A DNA stretch of 64,000 bases from Camelus ferus (Eukaryota): NCBI RefSeq assembly GCF_009834535.1, contig NC_045696.1, forward strand, positions 64,544,001 to 64,608,000. Reading direction: 5' to 3'. The position numbers and the translations under genes were made by a program. The notes beneath the pieces are model-generated. The model made no database searches, was not told the DNA's origin, and saw only the letters and a program-made list of their open reading frames with translations. How positions within the stretch are numbered: position 1 is the first letter of the stretch; each line of letters opens with the position of its first letter. Below are positions 38,223 to 51,600 of this stretch, piece by piece.

Positions 38223-40110
38223 ATATTCTCCCATATGTCCGTAAAAAATAAATTAAAAAGAAAAAAAACCCCAATATCCTCCTGATGATCTCCTCCAGCA
38301 AACACATCAGCTCTTCTGTGGCGAAGGTACACTCTATAATGCTTATTGAAATTCACCAAACAACAGTCCTCTTCCCTTCTGTGGGTCTTGTTTGCTCTTA
38401 TCATTTGTCAGTAGAGGAGTGAGATCTGTGACCTCTAAGGGCCTCTCCATGAAGAGTGGTTGGCCGTAGAGGGAGAATAAACTCAGAGATACAAGCTGGA
38501 CACGAGGGAAGGGTCACTGGTGGCAATTTATGGCAGACGGGATTTGTAGACCCAGGCAGGGGCTCCAGATGAACTGAGACGGATGGACATTTGGGAATGC
38601 TCCAATAAGCCAGATTCATTGGGAAGACATTGCTTTTACTTATTCCATTCTCCTTCTCCTTATCCCCTCCTCTTAACCTCCCCCTTCTTTTAAAAATTTC
38701 ACTCCAGGGTGGCATCATTGTTCTGAAAGGCCCCCAAGGCCAGTCTCGTGGTCACAGGTACAGATCTCTCTGTGCCCTCTGCACAGCTGTGTTTGTGGCA
38801 TTTTTTAAAACTGTTGCTTACAAAAAAATTTTTTCTGGAAAGTTGAAACCTTTTTTGGCTCAAGTTGCTAAATATAGCATTGACCTTGGCTAACTCACAC
38901 AACAATTTTGTTTGGCTTTTTTATACGAGATTTCTATGAGGGAAAAAACTATTTGGGGGTTTACGTGACCAGAGGGTAAGACTAGACTGGGTATGTAATC
39001 TGCTTAAATTTGATCTCTGACGACTATGTGTTCACCTCGAGGTAGAAACCTTTGGGGCTATGTCTTCCGTCATAATCCTGTGACTCTGACAAGATCAGGC
39101 CAGGACCCCCGCCGGCGAGATCCTTCCCTGCTGTTGTACTGAACTTCCAGGCATTTCGTGTTTTTCTATGATGCCAATAGTGTGGGAAAGAATCACAACA
39201 AAGGTACAATAGAAAGCCCAAGAACGGTGTCCTCATCTTCACAGTGAAGGTCCTGCACTATGTCTCTGACCTTTGGCTTTGGCTGCTTCATTTTCCACAT
39301 GTTTTATCCCCAGACTTAATCATCTTTATATTGTTTGCAACACGAGCTGTGTAGAATGTAGAATGGTCCCAGGACATTACATGAAATTCCCTGTGTTCTA
39401 CTTCCCACCTTCAAATATCCTACAATCTTCCGATAAACACAAAACCTCATGTTTTAGCCTCTCCTTATGCGAATCTCTTTGACATCCCTTTTCTCCTTTC
39501 CTATTATTTGTTAGAATCATTGTCTTCTGAATATTCCTGCCAGCCAGCCAAAAATATTTTGACAAGCGTTCTGAGGTTTGTATTATGAAAATTATAGATA
39601 TTAGGGGGTTTAAAAATAAATTTGCAGGTTATGCTTTTTCAAGCTACACATTCTCCTAATTCTGAAATACTGTTATGCAACAATGCTCCCTCTGTTAAGA
39701 ATCATTTATTTACAACGGAGCAGTATTGATAACACCTATGAACTCACCAAGAGCCAAGGAAAACCACTCAAAATCATTTTTCTTGTTGTTAAGTTGACTG
39801 TTGATTTTTGCTCCCAACGCCATTTTTCTTCTGTTAGGATTACCCCTCCTGTGTTTTTTATTTTTTCTAACATTGAAATTCCTCTTTAGAATAGGTATGG
39901 GTTTGACCATTCTGAGAAATATTTACCCATTCCCTGGAGTTTCACTTCAGCCTATATTTTCAAGTCTTTTTTAATTTTAGAAAAATTTCTTAAGCTATAG
40001 TTTTAAATATTTGTTTTTGTTTTGGTTTTTTTCTTCTGAGATTCTATTAGTACCCATATTCTATTTCCTTGTTGGTCATCCATATCTGTCATTGTCTTAA
40101 AATATTTTTT

Positions 40111-40267
40111 ATTCTTCTTTTTTAAATTGTAGTATTTAATTATTTTATTTTGGTGGGGGTGGGGGAGGTAATTAGGTTTATGTATTTTTAGAGGAGGTAC
40201 TGAGGATTGAACCCAGGACCTCCTGGATGCTAAGCACACACTCTACTGCTTTAGCTATACCCTCCCC
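40111..40267 (-). mobile_element. Camelid tRNA-derived SINE (Vic-like)
   Basis: Reverse-complement head (gattgaacccaggacc...agctataccctcccc). Perfect TSD taaaatatttttt at 40098-40110 and 40268-40280. Confidence 0.9.
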
Positions 40268-41521
40268 TAAAATATTTTTTCTAATGTTCTGCTTTATTTA
40301 CTTTATTTCTTATCATTTTTCATTTCCTTTGCTCTACATTCTATGTGTCTATTCTTCCTTCTAATTTATTCTTTTTTTGAAACAATGTCAAACTTACAGA
40401 AAATTTGACGATTCAATACAAAGACATTTTCCCAGGTGCTTTGAGAGTAATTTGTAGACATGATGCCTCATTCCCAACAAATACTCATGTGTATATCCTG
40501 CTAACAAGGAGATTTTTCTACCTTCCTGCAACACCACCATCAAAGTTAGGGAATTTACACTGATGTATTGTTACTATCTAATCCCCAAATTCCATTCAAA
40601 TTGGGCCAATATCCCCAGCAATGTCTTTTATAGCAGAAGGATCCGGCTCAGATGCTCATGTTGTTTAATTATCACGATTCTTTAGGCTGCTTAGCTGTCT
40701 AGGACCATTTCTCAGTCTTCCCTTAGCTTTTAGGGCCTTGACACTTTTGAAGGTTACAAGCTAGTTAATTTATAGGATGCCCCTCAGTTTAGACTTGTCA
40801 GTGTTTCCTGCATGTTTAGAAGTAATTTTTGCATCACTGACAGTAAAAACAAAATCGATACTGAGTTCTTAATGCATCCCATCCCATGGTACATTATTTA
40901 GACTTTCCTATTACTGGCAATGTCCGCTTGGCCACGTGATTAAAATGTTGTATACCAGGTTTCTCTATTGTTAATTTTTTTCTCAAAGTGTTTTGTAAGG
41001 AGTTACTTTCAAACTATATAAATATCCTATTCCTCAACATAGTATTACTTAATTCATTTGTTTAAATTAGGATGGACATGTGGATTTTTAAATTTAATGT
41101 CTTATCATCCATTATTATCATTGTTAATTTTAATGTTCACATTGTCCCAGATTTGGCCAGTGGGGATCTCTTAAAGATGGCTTCTGGATCCTTTTGAATT
41201 CACTTACCACTTCTTTCTTTTCATGCACAATAAGATGTTCCTGGCTTATCTTGAACTTTCCCTATGGCAAGCCTGGAATTACTTATTTTTCCAAGGAATA
41301 CCAGTTCCTTTTAATAGGAAATGGTATTTAGAAACCAAGATCTGAGTTCCGGGTATACTATTGCTACTGGTATGTTACTTTTCCCAGGTCCTCCTGGTGG
41401 AAACACAAACACTACCAAGAGAACCCTGGCAATAATTAAGAAAACAAAATTTCCTTTCTTCAAACAATTCAGCCCAAAACTACTAGATGAAGCCAAACAT
41501 GGAAGGGATCCACATGAAGAA

Positions 41522-41548
41522 TGTGTGCGTGTGTGTGTGTGTGTGTGT
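41522..41548. repeat. (TG)n microsatellite
   Basis: Direct read. Confidence 0.95.
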
Positions 41549-44500
41549 TGCATATTAGCTTGAAGAGCTAATTTCTGAGAGTCTCCATTTCTGATTTGTG
41601 CTGTTCTTTCAAAGGTACAATAATTTTCTTAATGTATTTTAGTTCATTTGTGTCATTTTAGTTGTCACCTGATTTGTGGGCACGTTTTTTCTGTTCTTAT
41701 AATTTTTTCTGTTCTTATATTTTTTCTTATAATCTGTATTATATGGGGTTAAATTGTGTCCTTTGTGTTACCCATGCGTCAATAAGGCCTTTTTCTGGGT
41801 TATTAGGAGTTTCCTGCTGGGTGGGAGGGATGGAGTGGATATATTTCCAGCTTCCTAGCTCAATGACTCCTCTGTTATTACTGTAAGAAACTTACTACAG
41901 CCTTTCTGTGGCCTTGCTGGATTCAGCGACATTCTCTGCCTTCAGCCCTGTGTGTTCCAGCGTCCGCACCACAGGCCTTGCTGCCCAGTGGGTGCTCTCC
42001 GCTTCAGACTGTGTTCTGCTGTTCCAGGACTTTCTGGGATCTGCTTCCTCTGAGCCTTCCCTCTTTTAATCTTCATTGTCCTGGCTCTGCTCAATTTGGT
42101 ATCTGTGTCCACGATTTTCCTCTAAGATAGGGCTTTACCCTTCTGGAAAAGAAGGCTTGGTGGCTATTTCTGAGATTTTCAGGGGCCCAGGCAGCCTTAG
42201 CGCTTTTTCATCACACGACTTTTGTGCTTGTTGTTGCTGTATTTACCAAAACACTGACCTTGTGAGAGCCTTTCCCTGTTGGGTATTTCTCAGCACGATC
42301 CATCCTGATTTTCCATCAGGGTGCTGTTTCTCTTCTTGGGGGTGAGCACTTGTCGGCAACTTTTCAGTTTCGATGGCTTTTAGGATACAGTAGTGGACTT
42401 CCACCACACGACGGTCATTTCATGCAGGTCCTACTGCTAGTGATGGTTCGGTCACAGATGCTTTGGGGGGAATCTTGCTAAAAGTGTTGTCCATGCCTTC
42501 TCCCCTCCTATACTGGCAGATGTGTTTTATTTTCAGAAAGTTTTGGTAAAATTAACCACCGCATCTGGCGGTGCCCACCCACAGCATGTGCCTTGGGTTT
42601 TGAATGAAGTGAATTCTTCCTGGGCCAGTTATTTGCAACAGGACAGTGTGGAGGGGCCAGGCGTTCCCTCTGGCTCAGAATGAAGTGCACATGAAACAGG
42701 CTGGTGGTTGTAAGTGGTCAGGTTCTGTTCCTTTTGGCTGAGAAGGATTAGTCACTGCAGAGCTTCCTGCCCAACACAGCTTCTCTCCAACCCTGTCACG
42801 TGGTACCAGGAGTTGCATGTTGGAAGCTTCTTTTCTTCTGTCCCTTTCCTCATTTGTCCTTGATTCCTTTGCCTCTCTGTGGTATTGAAAGGGATTCAGT
42901 GGGGTTCCCCGAAGCTGCTTCCACATCTCCAAAGAAAACGTCAATGATTTGCCCTCGTTCATGCCCCGCGTATTTTAGAGGCACCCGGTCGGCTGCTGCC
43001 ACTTGAGCTCCGTAGTGCGCATGCTTCCCCCGCAGCCTCCCGTCCCTGGTCCAAACTTCACCAACCTGGCAGCAATTCTTCAAATATATGGGTGGGTCCG
43101 AGTTTTGTCTCAGAAAGGATATTTGGTCTTTTCTCACTTCAAGTGTTGCTTTCAACGGATTATTTTAAAAAGTTAGCTACGAGATTGTTATCTCACCATT
43201 TTACAACTCTTTAGCTGCTGTTGATTTTTTTTTAAGTATACAAAAGTCTTGACTTTTTCTTTACCAAAAAACTACCAGTCTTTTCATTTATGATTACTAA
43301 TTTTAAAGTTATTCTTGGGAAGGCCTTTGATTATAAGAATGTTCAGTTCCTTTTTGAGTTTTATTTTGTATATTTAAAGAATATGTAATTCCCTAATCCT
43401 ATTGGAGTTTGTTTTGTGTAAGGTTATCTTAAATGTTTAATTTAATTATTTTCATGACTGGTTGGTCTGTTTACCTCCTATCACTTGTTTATATCTGTCC
43501 TTTCCCCACTGTTATGTAATGCCACAAAATGTATTAAATTCTCATGTAGACTTTCTGGAGCTCAATGTACTATTTTCTTCCAATCATCTGTCATTCTGTT
43601 TCTGTCTCAGCTCCAGTGGCTTAATTACTGTATCTTGAATATATGTTTTAGTATATGAGTCTGTTTATTTCTGTTTATTTTTCCAAAATTTGTCTTAGCT
43701 ATTCCAGCGACTTTTGAGGCATTTTATTAAATTGATTAATTGATATTTAGCACTCTTGAGGTCCCTGTCAGAAACATGGAATTCATTTCCATTATGTCAG
43801 TATATCAGTAAAGTTTCCTGACTTTCTTCACGGATTCCATTACTGCAAGTGTGATTTGCACTCTTAGTCCATTATGTAGTTTCTTAATAGTGACTACAGC
43901 TCTAGCAAAAAATTTAATACAAGGTAAGACTGGCCTTGTGAAATTCACTGGGAAGATTGCCATTAAAAATCCATTTAATGGGTTAATAATCCATTAATTA
44001 TCTCTTTCTTGAATATTTAAAGAAATTCCATTAAAAACAACTAGGACTGATGCCATGTTGTGGGAGGGCTACATTTGCATTTTAAAAAGTTTTTAATAGA
44101 TTTTATAAGGCATAAGAAAGACAAAACCATCCGCTTAATTCAGTCATTTAATAAACATCATATGCCAGCCACCGTGCTGTACTGGGGATACTAAAGAAGA
44201 CATGTTCTTTGCTTCCTAGTTTCTCAGGAATTTATTTTAACGAAATAAACTGGCAAATATTTAGGTATTAAATAATGATTAAACTGGCAAAGTAATCTGA
44301 GTTTAAGTTCTTTTGACAAGTCCTTCTTTTGATGTTATCACTACTTAAACTAATGCTGTAAGGTTGACTGCTATCATCTTCAAATGAGTCATTGATCAGC
44401 TTCCATTTGAGTCCTCACTATCACTTCTAGAACAGCATTTGTCAGTCTTATCTCTATTCCAACCCAGCATACCCAAGGGATATTATGCAGTATTATTAAT

Positions 44501-44796
44501 GCCAATGATTCATGGGGTTAGTGTTTGAATTGTCTGAAGAAACCCCACGTCGATTTACCACCACCCACTCCAGCCATGTGAAAACACCTTTTTAGAGCTT
44601 ATAAAGCTTGCATGTGTTTATCTTTTTGCTACATATAAGATGAATTCACAATTATTTTTTCATTTTCTTTTCAGAATATCCTATGGGATAGTTAGGGTAA
44701 AGACTGTTCCCTTCATTTCACAATTGACAGAACCAAGGCTTCGAGAGAATGATTTCTCCTAGTCTGCACAGCTAACGAGTGGTGGCTTGAAGGCAT

Positions 44797-45201
44797 TGTT
44801 GGAGGAGGTCATCAAAAGGAGGTGATTGCTAGTTGACCAGTGAGCTTGACCTGGGCAATCAGAGGCCCCTCACTCCCTCCCCTACCTTTGGGATATACGT
44901 TCTGCCCACCATTCCCACAGTGGGAGTCATTTTCAAGGACACAGCCCTGAGAGAGTGGTGTGTTGTTGAGACCATCTGGACTGAATACATAACTGAACCC
45001 CATTAAGGTCTCTATATAAACTTTTAAGATTCTGGCAGGCGGGTGTGGAATCTATTCCTCTTGACAAGCCTCATAATTAAGTTCCTTTACTTATTAAAAC
45101 TGCCACCCAGTCTGGAGTGGTCTGCCTCTTTCTTCTATCTCTCCTTGCGTTCTGTGTACAGGGGCCAATCTGAATCAATAGGCAGAGATGCAGTCTCCAC
45201 A
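44797..45201 (+). mobile_element. Solo ERV LTR (same family as 37816-38222)
   Basis: TG...CA termini, ctatataaac TATA box (~45011-45020), ATTAAA at 45093-45098. Sits inside a MIR remnant. Confidence 0.82.
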
Positions 45202-46194
45202 TTCCAAAGGTTTGTGAAGAAAGTAACTTTTAATTTACATAGTTTCTACTACAGAGAGTAATGATCTGAGTGTTTGGTCCTAAATTCTGTAGTGACTAAA
45301 TATCCTTTTGAATGATCGTGTAACTGGATAGTTCTTCCTCTGTGGCTGGCAATGTCTCCTGTCCCTACTTTTCCACGAGGACCTGGAAAGAGCCATTGTG
45401 TCCACCTTCCAACTCAGCACGTGGTGCCTGACAAAATTAGAGGAGCTGCTTCTTCAGGAAGACGTCTTGTTTTATCTTGCTAACCTTCCAGCTTTGTCCA
45501 GTTTTATCCCAATTTGTTATTTGTATTTTTTTCTTCCTGAGAAAGAGAGAAATGGGCTGTGTAACAATAATAATAGGAAGAGCTAATTTTATATTATGAA
45601 GATAAAATTTTCTGTCCTATTTTGTATTTTATAATGAAAGGAGAACTTTAAAATTATTTCCTATCTTTGGGTTTAGAGTCATTAAGTGATTGAGATAATA
45701 TTTCCAAGAGTAAGCATGTAATTATGGGCAGATAATGAAAATAGAGGTTTTTCACACCCTTTTTTGGTGAAATGTAATACCATTCAGAAAAGTACAGAAA
45801 ATGTAAGTATATAATCTAATCTTAACAAATGTTTAGAAAACTGAATACCCATTTAACTAGCATCCAAATCAAGAACTAGAACATTGCCAGCGCCCTGGAA
45901 ACCTATGTATACTTCTTCCCGATTACAACCCCCCTTTTGCCCCAACAAACGTAACTTTCCCAAATTTTATAACAGTCACTACTTTGCCTTTCTTTATAGC
46001 TTTTCTTTATGCCACTGTACCTTCAGATGCTGTAGTTTAGTTTGACTTTTTTTTTTTTCGAATTTTCATTAAATGGAATCATTCTTTTGTGTTCGATTTC
46101 CTCCACTCTGTGAGATTCATGCACTGTCATTTGTTAATTTCCAATACTATCTGACATTCTTACATGAATACACCACTATTTAACTATTTATTGC

Positions 46195-46717
46195 TGTGAT
46201 ATGAAAACTGGGGGTAATCATTAGTTAAATCCTTTCCGCCTGTAACCTGCCTTCACTAATCAAAGTCGTTTTAATTGTTGCTACAAAAAAAATCTTGCAG
46301 GTCCTCGGAGGGGCATGACCCCTAAACAATACAATGTTTGCCCGAGTTGCTGTCCGGGAACTTGGAGTCGGCTGTGTCCAGTTGGAGCTGAGCTGGTTAA
46401 GACTAGATAGGACCAGCGACCCAACAACTGGGCATGCGCGAGAGCCCGCTTGGCGCCCTTTTGAGACATGTTGCTTAGTTATACATGCGCAGAAGGACTG
46501 TTATCTCACCACCCAATCTTATTTCTCCGTGCTCCCCAAGCCTCCGACCACCCTGCTTCTTTATCCCGTAAATACCCGGAGCTCCGAGCCTTCCCTGCCA
46601 GCTGAAACCGGTCTCCTCGCCTGGCTGCGTTGGGAAGCCCTCTCCTTGCTGCAAACCTCCGCGGCTCAGCGTTTTGGCTTGCTGCGCATCGAGCAAAATG
46701 GACCAGTTTCGGTAAGA
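46195..46717 (+). mobile_element. CpG-rich solo LTR (ERV1-like) nested in an old L1
   Basis: Abrupt GC/CpG-rich block starting TGTGAT and ending ...ttcggtaaga (a ggtaaca-like end), interrupting collinear minus-strand L1 sequence. Confidence 0.75.
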
Positions 46718-48016
46718 AATATTTGACTTGTTCCTAGTTTTTAGCTATTATGAATAATACTGTTACAAACATTCTTCCATGGTTCCTCATACTCGTATGC
46801 ACACATTTCTTTTGGACATAAACCTTGGACTAGAATTGTTAGTTGTAAATGTTTAAAATATCTTCTGCTCTGTGACTTGCCTTTTCATCTCTGTAATGAT
46901 ATTTTGATAAGTTAAAGTTCTTAACTGTGTATTAATAAAAAATTATCAATCTTTTCATTCTGTTTAGAAATTTCTTTGACCTGGTTGAAGCCATTCTTCT
47001 ATATTATCTTCTAAAGAGTTTATAGCTTTTCTTCTCGAATTTATGTTTGCAATCCATCTGAAAACATTAGGGTTGTTTCCAAATTTTGCTAATTTTTAAC
47101 AGTTTTTAATGGTTGGGAATAAAGTTCCTCTGCATATCTTGTACAAGTCTTTTTATTGGCCCTATATACTTGTTCCTCTCGGCTTTATCTAGGAGTAGAA
47201 TTTCTGATTCAGGTGACAGTAGATAATTTCAAACAGTTATCTAAAGGTTTGGCCAATTTATACTTCCACTAGCAATGTGTGAGATTTCCAGTTTTTCCAC
47301 GTCTTTGCCAGCACGTGGTATTGCTAAGCCTTTTTATTTGTGGTCATTCTGGTGGGTGTATATTGGTATCTCGTTGCCATTTTAATTTTAATTTTCTAAT
47401 AATGATGAATAATTTTTTCTTATGCTGATTGGATATTTGTGTATCGTTTTTTTGGTAAGCTGCCTGTTTATTTTCCCATTTTTGAAATTGGGTTTTTTGG
47501 TTTTTCTTATTTGTAATTATTCTATGTATGTCAAAACCAAGTCCTTTACCATATAAATGTAAACATCTTTCTCAGTATATGTCTTTTTTCACTCTCCAAA
47601 TAATGTCTTTGATAAGCAGAACCTTAATTGTCGCAAAGTCCGATTTCTCTTGTTCTTTTCTTTTATTATTATTGTTACTTGGGTCCTATTAAATCTTCAC
47701 CTATTCAAAATGTCATAAAAATATTCTCTTTTGTTTATTTTAGAAGCTTCATTGTTTCATCATTTACCATTTAGCTTTATAATATATCTCAAATTAAAAT
47801 TTGCATGTGAGGTAGGGGGTTAAAGTTTATTTATTTTTTTTGCATATGACTATCCAGGACTATCCAATTGACCCAGTACCATTTATTAAAGGATCATCCT
47901 GTCTCCTCTGAATTGCAAAGGTACTTTTGTTGAAAACCAAGTTACTACACACACACACACATTTCTGTATACTTTATTCTCTTTTATGTTGATTGCTCTA
48001 TTCTTATGCCCAATGC

Positions 48017-48649
48017 TGTTACCTAACCTTTGTTCATTTTTTTCCCTACCCAGTTACTGTTTGCATCAGTCAGGTGAAATCACTTTTGTAGCAGCACCAG
48101 GAACTTTATTCGTCGGCCAAGGACTGGAGAAGGAGGAGCTCATGCTCGGAAAGCACCTTCTCCCTGATTACAAGCGGGGACGAGCTTTTTGTAGAAAATG
48201 GTGGAGATTATAGGGAGGGAGGGGGTCTTTTGTCATCCTGATTCGTGGAAATGAGTGGCAGGTTTCTGGGGTGCAGTTCACGCTTCTTTTCTGTCCTTGT
48301 GTGGGCCTTTGGTGTCTGGTTTGGAAGCGGGTACAACCACTATGATGCAGGCCTGGGAGATCTTACTGCAATGAGATGGTAGTGAGCTGGAGAACAACCT
48401 TTGTGCCAGTTACGGAGTTCAGCCAGCTTATACCAGTTCCTTGTAGTGAAGGCCTCTTGTTCCTGTCATGTAAACACAGGTGAAATATACATTCAGCTTT
48501 GGGTTTCTGCAAATTTGCCTGGAGGGAGGCTTTTATTTGAAATGAGGCGGGGAGGTTCCCTTGCCTCCTTGCCTAAGACAAGTACACTTGTGCTTTATAG
48601 AGAGTTCGTGTGTGGACGAAGGACCCTCAGGTTCCTCCCCTGAGTGACA
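48017..48649 (-). mobile_element. Solo ERV LTR nested in an old L1
   Basis: Termini tgttac...gtgaca (inverted repeat), 4-bp TSD atgc/atac, minus-strand AATAAA (tttatt at 48105-48110). Flanking L1 sequence rejoins across it. Confidence 0.82.
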
Positions 48650-51600
48650 ATACTACACTGTCTGAATTACTGTGGCTTTAAAGTAAGTCATGAAACCTGG
48701 AGATGTAAGACTTTGCAATTTGTTCTTCAAAACCTATTCTAGGTTTTATGCATGTCCATATAAATTGGGGAATCTTTTATCAGTTTTCATACACACACAG
48801 AAAACTTACTGGGATTGATCGGGATGGTGTTGAATCTACAAATTAATCTGTGGAGAAGGATATTTAATCATTTAAGGAGAAGATACAGTTAAAAATACTC
48901 CATCTTTCAATCTATAAATATGGTTTAGCTCTGCATTTATGAGGTCATCTTTAATTTCTCTCAGCCATATTTGATAGTTTTAATTAGAGATCTTGCACGT
49001 ATTTTTATTAGATTTATTCCTAGATATTAGACTTTTTTTTGATGCTGTTGTAAAAGGTATTGTTTTTTAAAATCTAATTGTCCAGTTACGATTTTCCTAT
49101 TACGTTTTCAGTTAAATGTAATCCTTTGGGGATCTTGTAATATGTTAATTTGAGAAGATTTTGTCTTTTCTGATCTCTCCTAGCTTCGAAAATCGTCTTT
49201 GTTTCACAGTCTCCTGTTTCTTGGTTTACTTCTATTCTGGGTTTTAAAATTTCTGAATTGAAATGCTCTTTCATATCTGCAAATTCTTGTTTAATCTGAA
49301 CTCATATCAAAACATTCTGATGAGTTTTCTTTGTGATTGTTGTTTTGTGGACAGTTTTCATTAGCTAAATAATTTTCATTCTTCATTTCTGTCTTCATTT
49401 CTGTTTTATTCTTACAATTGCTTTGTATTGATGTGGCCGGCCAAATTCCGTTCATTTTTAAATGTCTTGGGTTTCCCTCACCTGGCCCTGGCAAGTGCTT
49501 CTACAAAGGAGGTGTATGCGGTGTTCAGGTTCTTGCTGTGTTTCTTACGTGTGTTCTTTCACATATACTCTTCCGTCAGCTCACTGACATTTATTAATAC
49601 ATGAATTTCTTTGGAGGCAAGAGATGGGTTTTTATGAATTAGGATTTTGCAATATTCTCATTTTAATAGAAAAAACCCATAATCTTGGATTTGACCAATG
49701 ATTTAAGAATGTTTTCCTGTACATATGTTTTCATCAGTGACTGCTACGTACACTTATTTAATTTAAATAACATCAAATTTAGGAGTAGAATAAGGGTAAA
49801 TATTTGTCAGGTCTGGATCTCTAAATATTACAAATGCTATTCAACTTGTTCTTTGCAGGCTTTATTGTGAAGCTCTAGTAACACATAAATATCTCCACTC
49901 TGTACTCAATTCCTTGGTTTCTGCTCTTTCTGTGACGGTTGTTGGAACGCATTTACTGAAAGCTAGTCCCCATTACAATAACATAGAAAATATTTTGCAT
50001 TTCAGTGCAGAGGTTACTTTCATTAGAGACTTGAAGAGCACTTTATAGGCACTGTATGGTGGAGAAGCTTATTAGAAAGGATACCCAGCAATTAAGATTC
50101 TTTACATGTAACTTTATGTGATTTTTTTCGGCTAACAGGAATAGAAGAACTAAGGTCTTAGGAGGGTTAAAAGACTAATCTAGTGTTTTATAATTTATGC
50201 TTCTTCTGGGATCAAACATTTTGGAGAAATTATTTGAAAATGTTGACGGTTAACCAGAAAGGAAATGTCCAGATAGTGAGGAAGCTCAGTTGACACCAAT
50301 ATCTCAATACTGTCCACAGAGTGCGAGATGCTTGGAGAATAGCTCCATATTATGGAAAACAGTTTCAACACTGAGGCTTGACTTAGTGTTCTATTTATTG
50401 CTTCCAATTGTTCACAGAGACAAACATCATGCTTTCTCATGGAGCCATCAGTAGCTTGGATGCTTCTCTAATGGGACCCATTACATCACCAGTAGAGCAA
50501 AGCCTGTCTGTGATGGCCAAGCACCTGTAGGGGGCAGCAGAGTAGCAGTTGCCATCTCCTTGGCAGTTTCTGGAGGAATCTGAAGGAGTCCTGGGACTGA
50601 GGGGGAAGCCCCAGGCTGAGAGGAAGACTAGAAAACAAGAGCAGAAAAGTGTCAGGATCAAGAAAATATGTACAGATATGCTCTGGAGGCAGAACTGTAA
50701 CTGAGCTAGAAATGAGAGCTGGGTTTGTGGCAGTTAAAGAGAAGGTAATGTTTACATTTTCAGCCAATGATTCCTGAGCACCTGACCTGGGACAGCTCCT
50801 TGAGAGGTAGAATGAGGAGTTCTCTACTCAGTGAGGTACTAAGACACATAAACAAAAGTACTATGTGTTAAGTGCCTTGAAGAAATGCACAAAGTGCTGT
50901 AGGATTTCAGGAACAGGGACTACAGGGGTGGTGGAGTGGTGGTGAGGAGGGCTTCACATGTGGGTGACATTGTCGTCAGGTCTTGGAGAATGAGTAGTGA
51001 GAGAAGGAGCAGGGAGAGGTTGAAGTGTATACTGCACATCTGGGCGGTGGTGAGCTGTTGGGTTGAGCTGTAGCATAATGTCCACATGAGGATGTGGGGA
51101 AGACAGGACCATCACCTTTGCCATCTGTGCATCTGCCCTCGAAAGCATGACATCTCTGCTAATATACTCTGAAGATATCTTCAAAGATCCAGGAACCCCG
51201 TTCATCAATATTTCATGGATCTTTGGGGTTCTTAAGAGAATGAAGACCAACTTGATTTGTGGTAAATTGGGGGGTTTTATTTGGTTGAAGCCCAAAAGCC
51301 CCAAGGGAAATAAGCCATATGAGCCCTCCCTTGGCTACAGCACCACAAGGCTAGGACACGGGGGTGGGGAGACGGGACGTTATCAGGAAAGATAAAATAG
51401 GTCAACTCATCATGCAACCTTTATTCATTATTCCTCGTGCAGCTTCTCTTTGTGAGGTCAGGGTATCACGAAGCTCTAGGATTTAAGTATTAAAAGATGC
51501 AGGTTTTTAAGATGCCATGACACTTAGGTGCTTCCCCTCACTTAGTATTGATATGTAAGACATCCAGAAAACTACAGGTCTTAAAAATCAGCTAGTGGAG

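Larger units (their letters stand above)
39700..44100 (-). mobile_element. Block of decayed old L1 fragments (L1MC4-like 3' end at ~40370-41400)
   Basis: aaacttacagaaaattt...cacattgtcccagatttggccagtgggg...ggaaatggtatttagaaaccaagatctg; strongly T-rich. Internal boundaries uncertain. Confidence 0.6.
45760..49100 (-). mobile_element. Fragmented old L1 (L1M/L1ME/L1MD-type) with nested LTRs
   Basis: T-rich strand bias and L1 antisense motifs (ttttagctattatgaataatac, tacttccactagcaatg, tatccaattgacccagtaccatttatt, ttgaatctacaaattaat). Confidence 0.8.

Noticed and set aside
37816..45201. Full-length provirus between the two related LTRs
   Set aside because: The LTRs are inverted, and the interior is L1/SINE debris with no gag/pol/env ORF or obvious primer-binding site.
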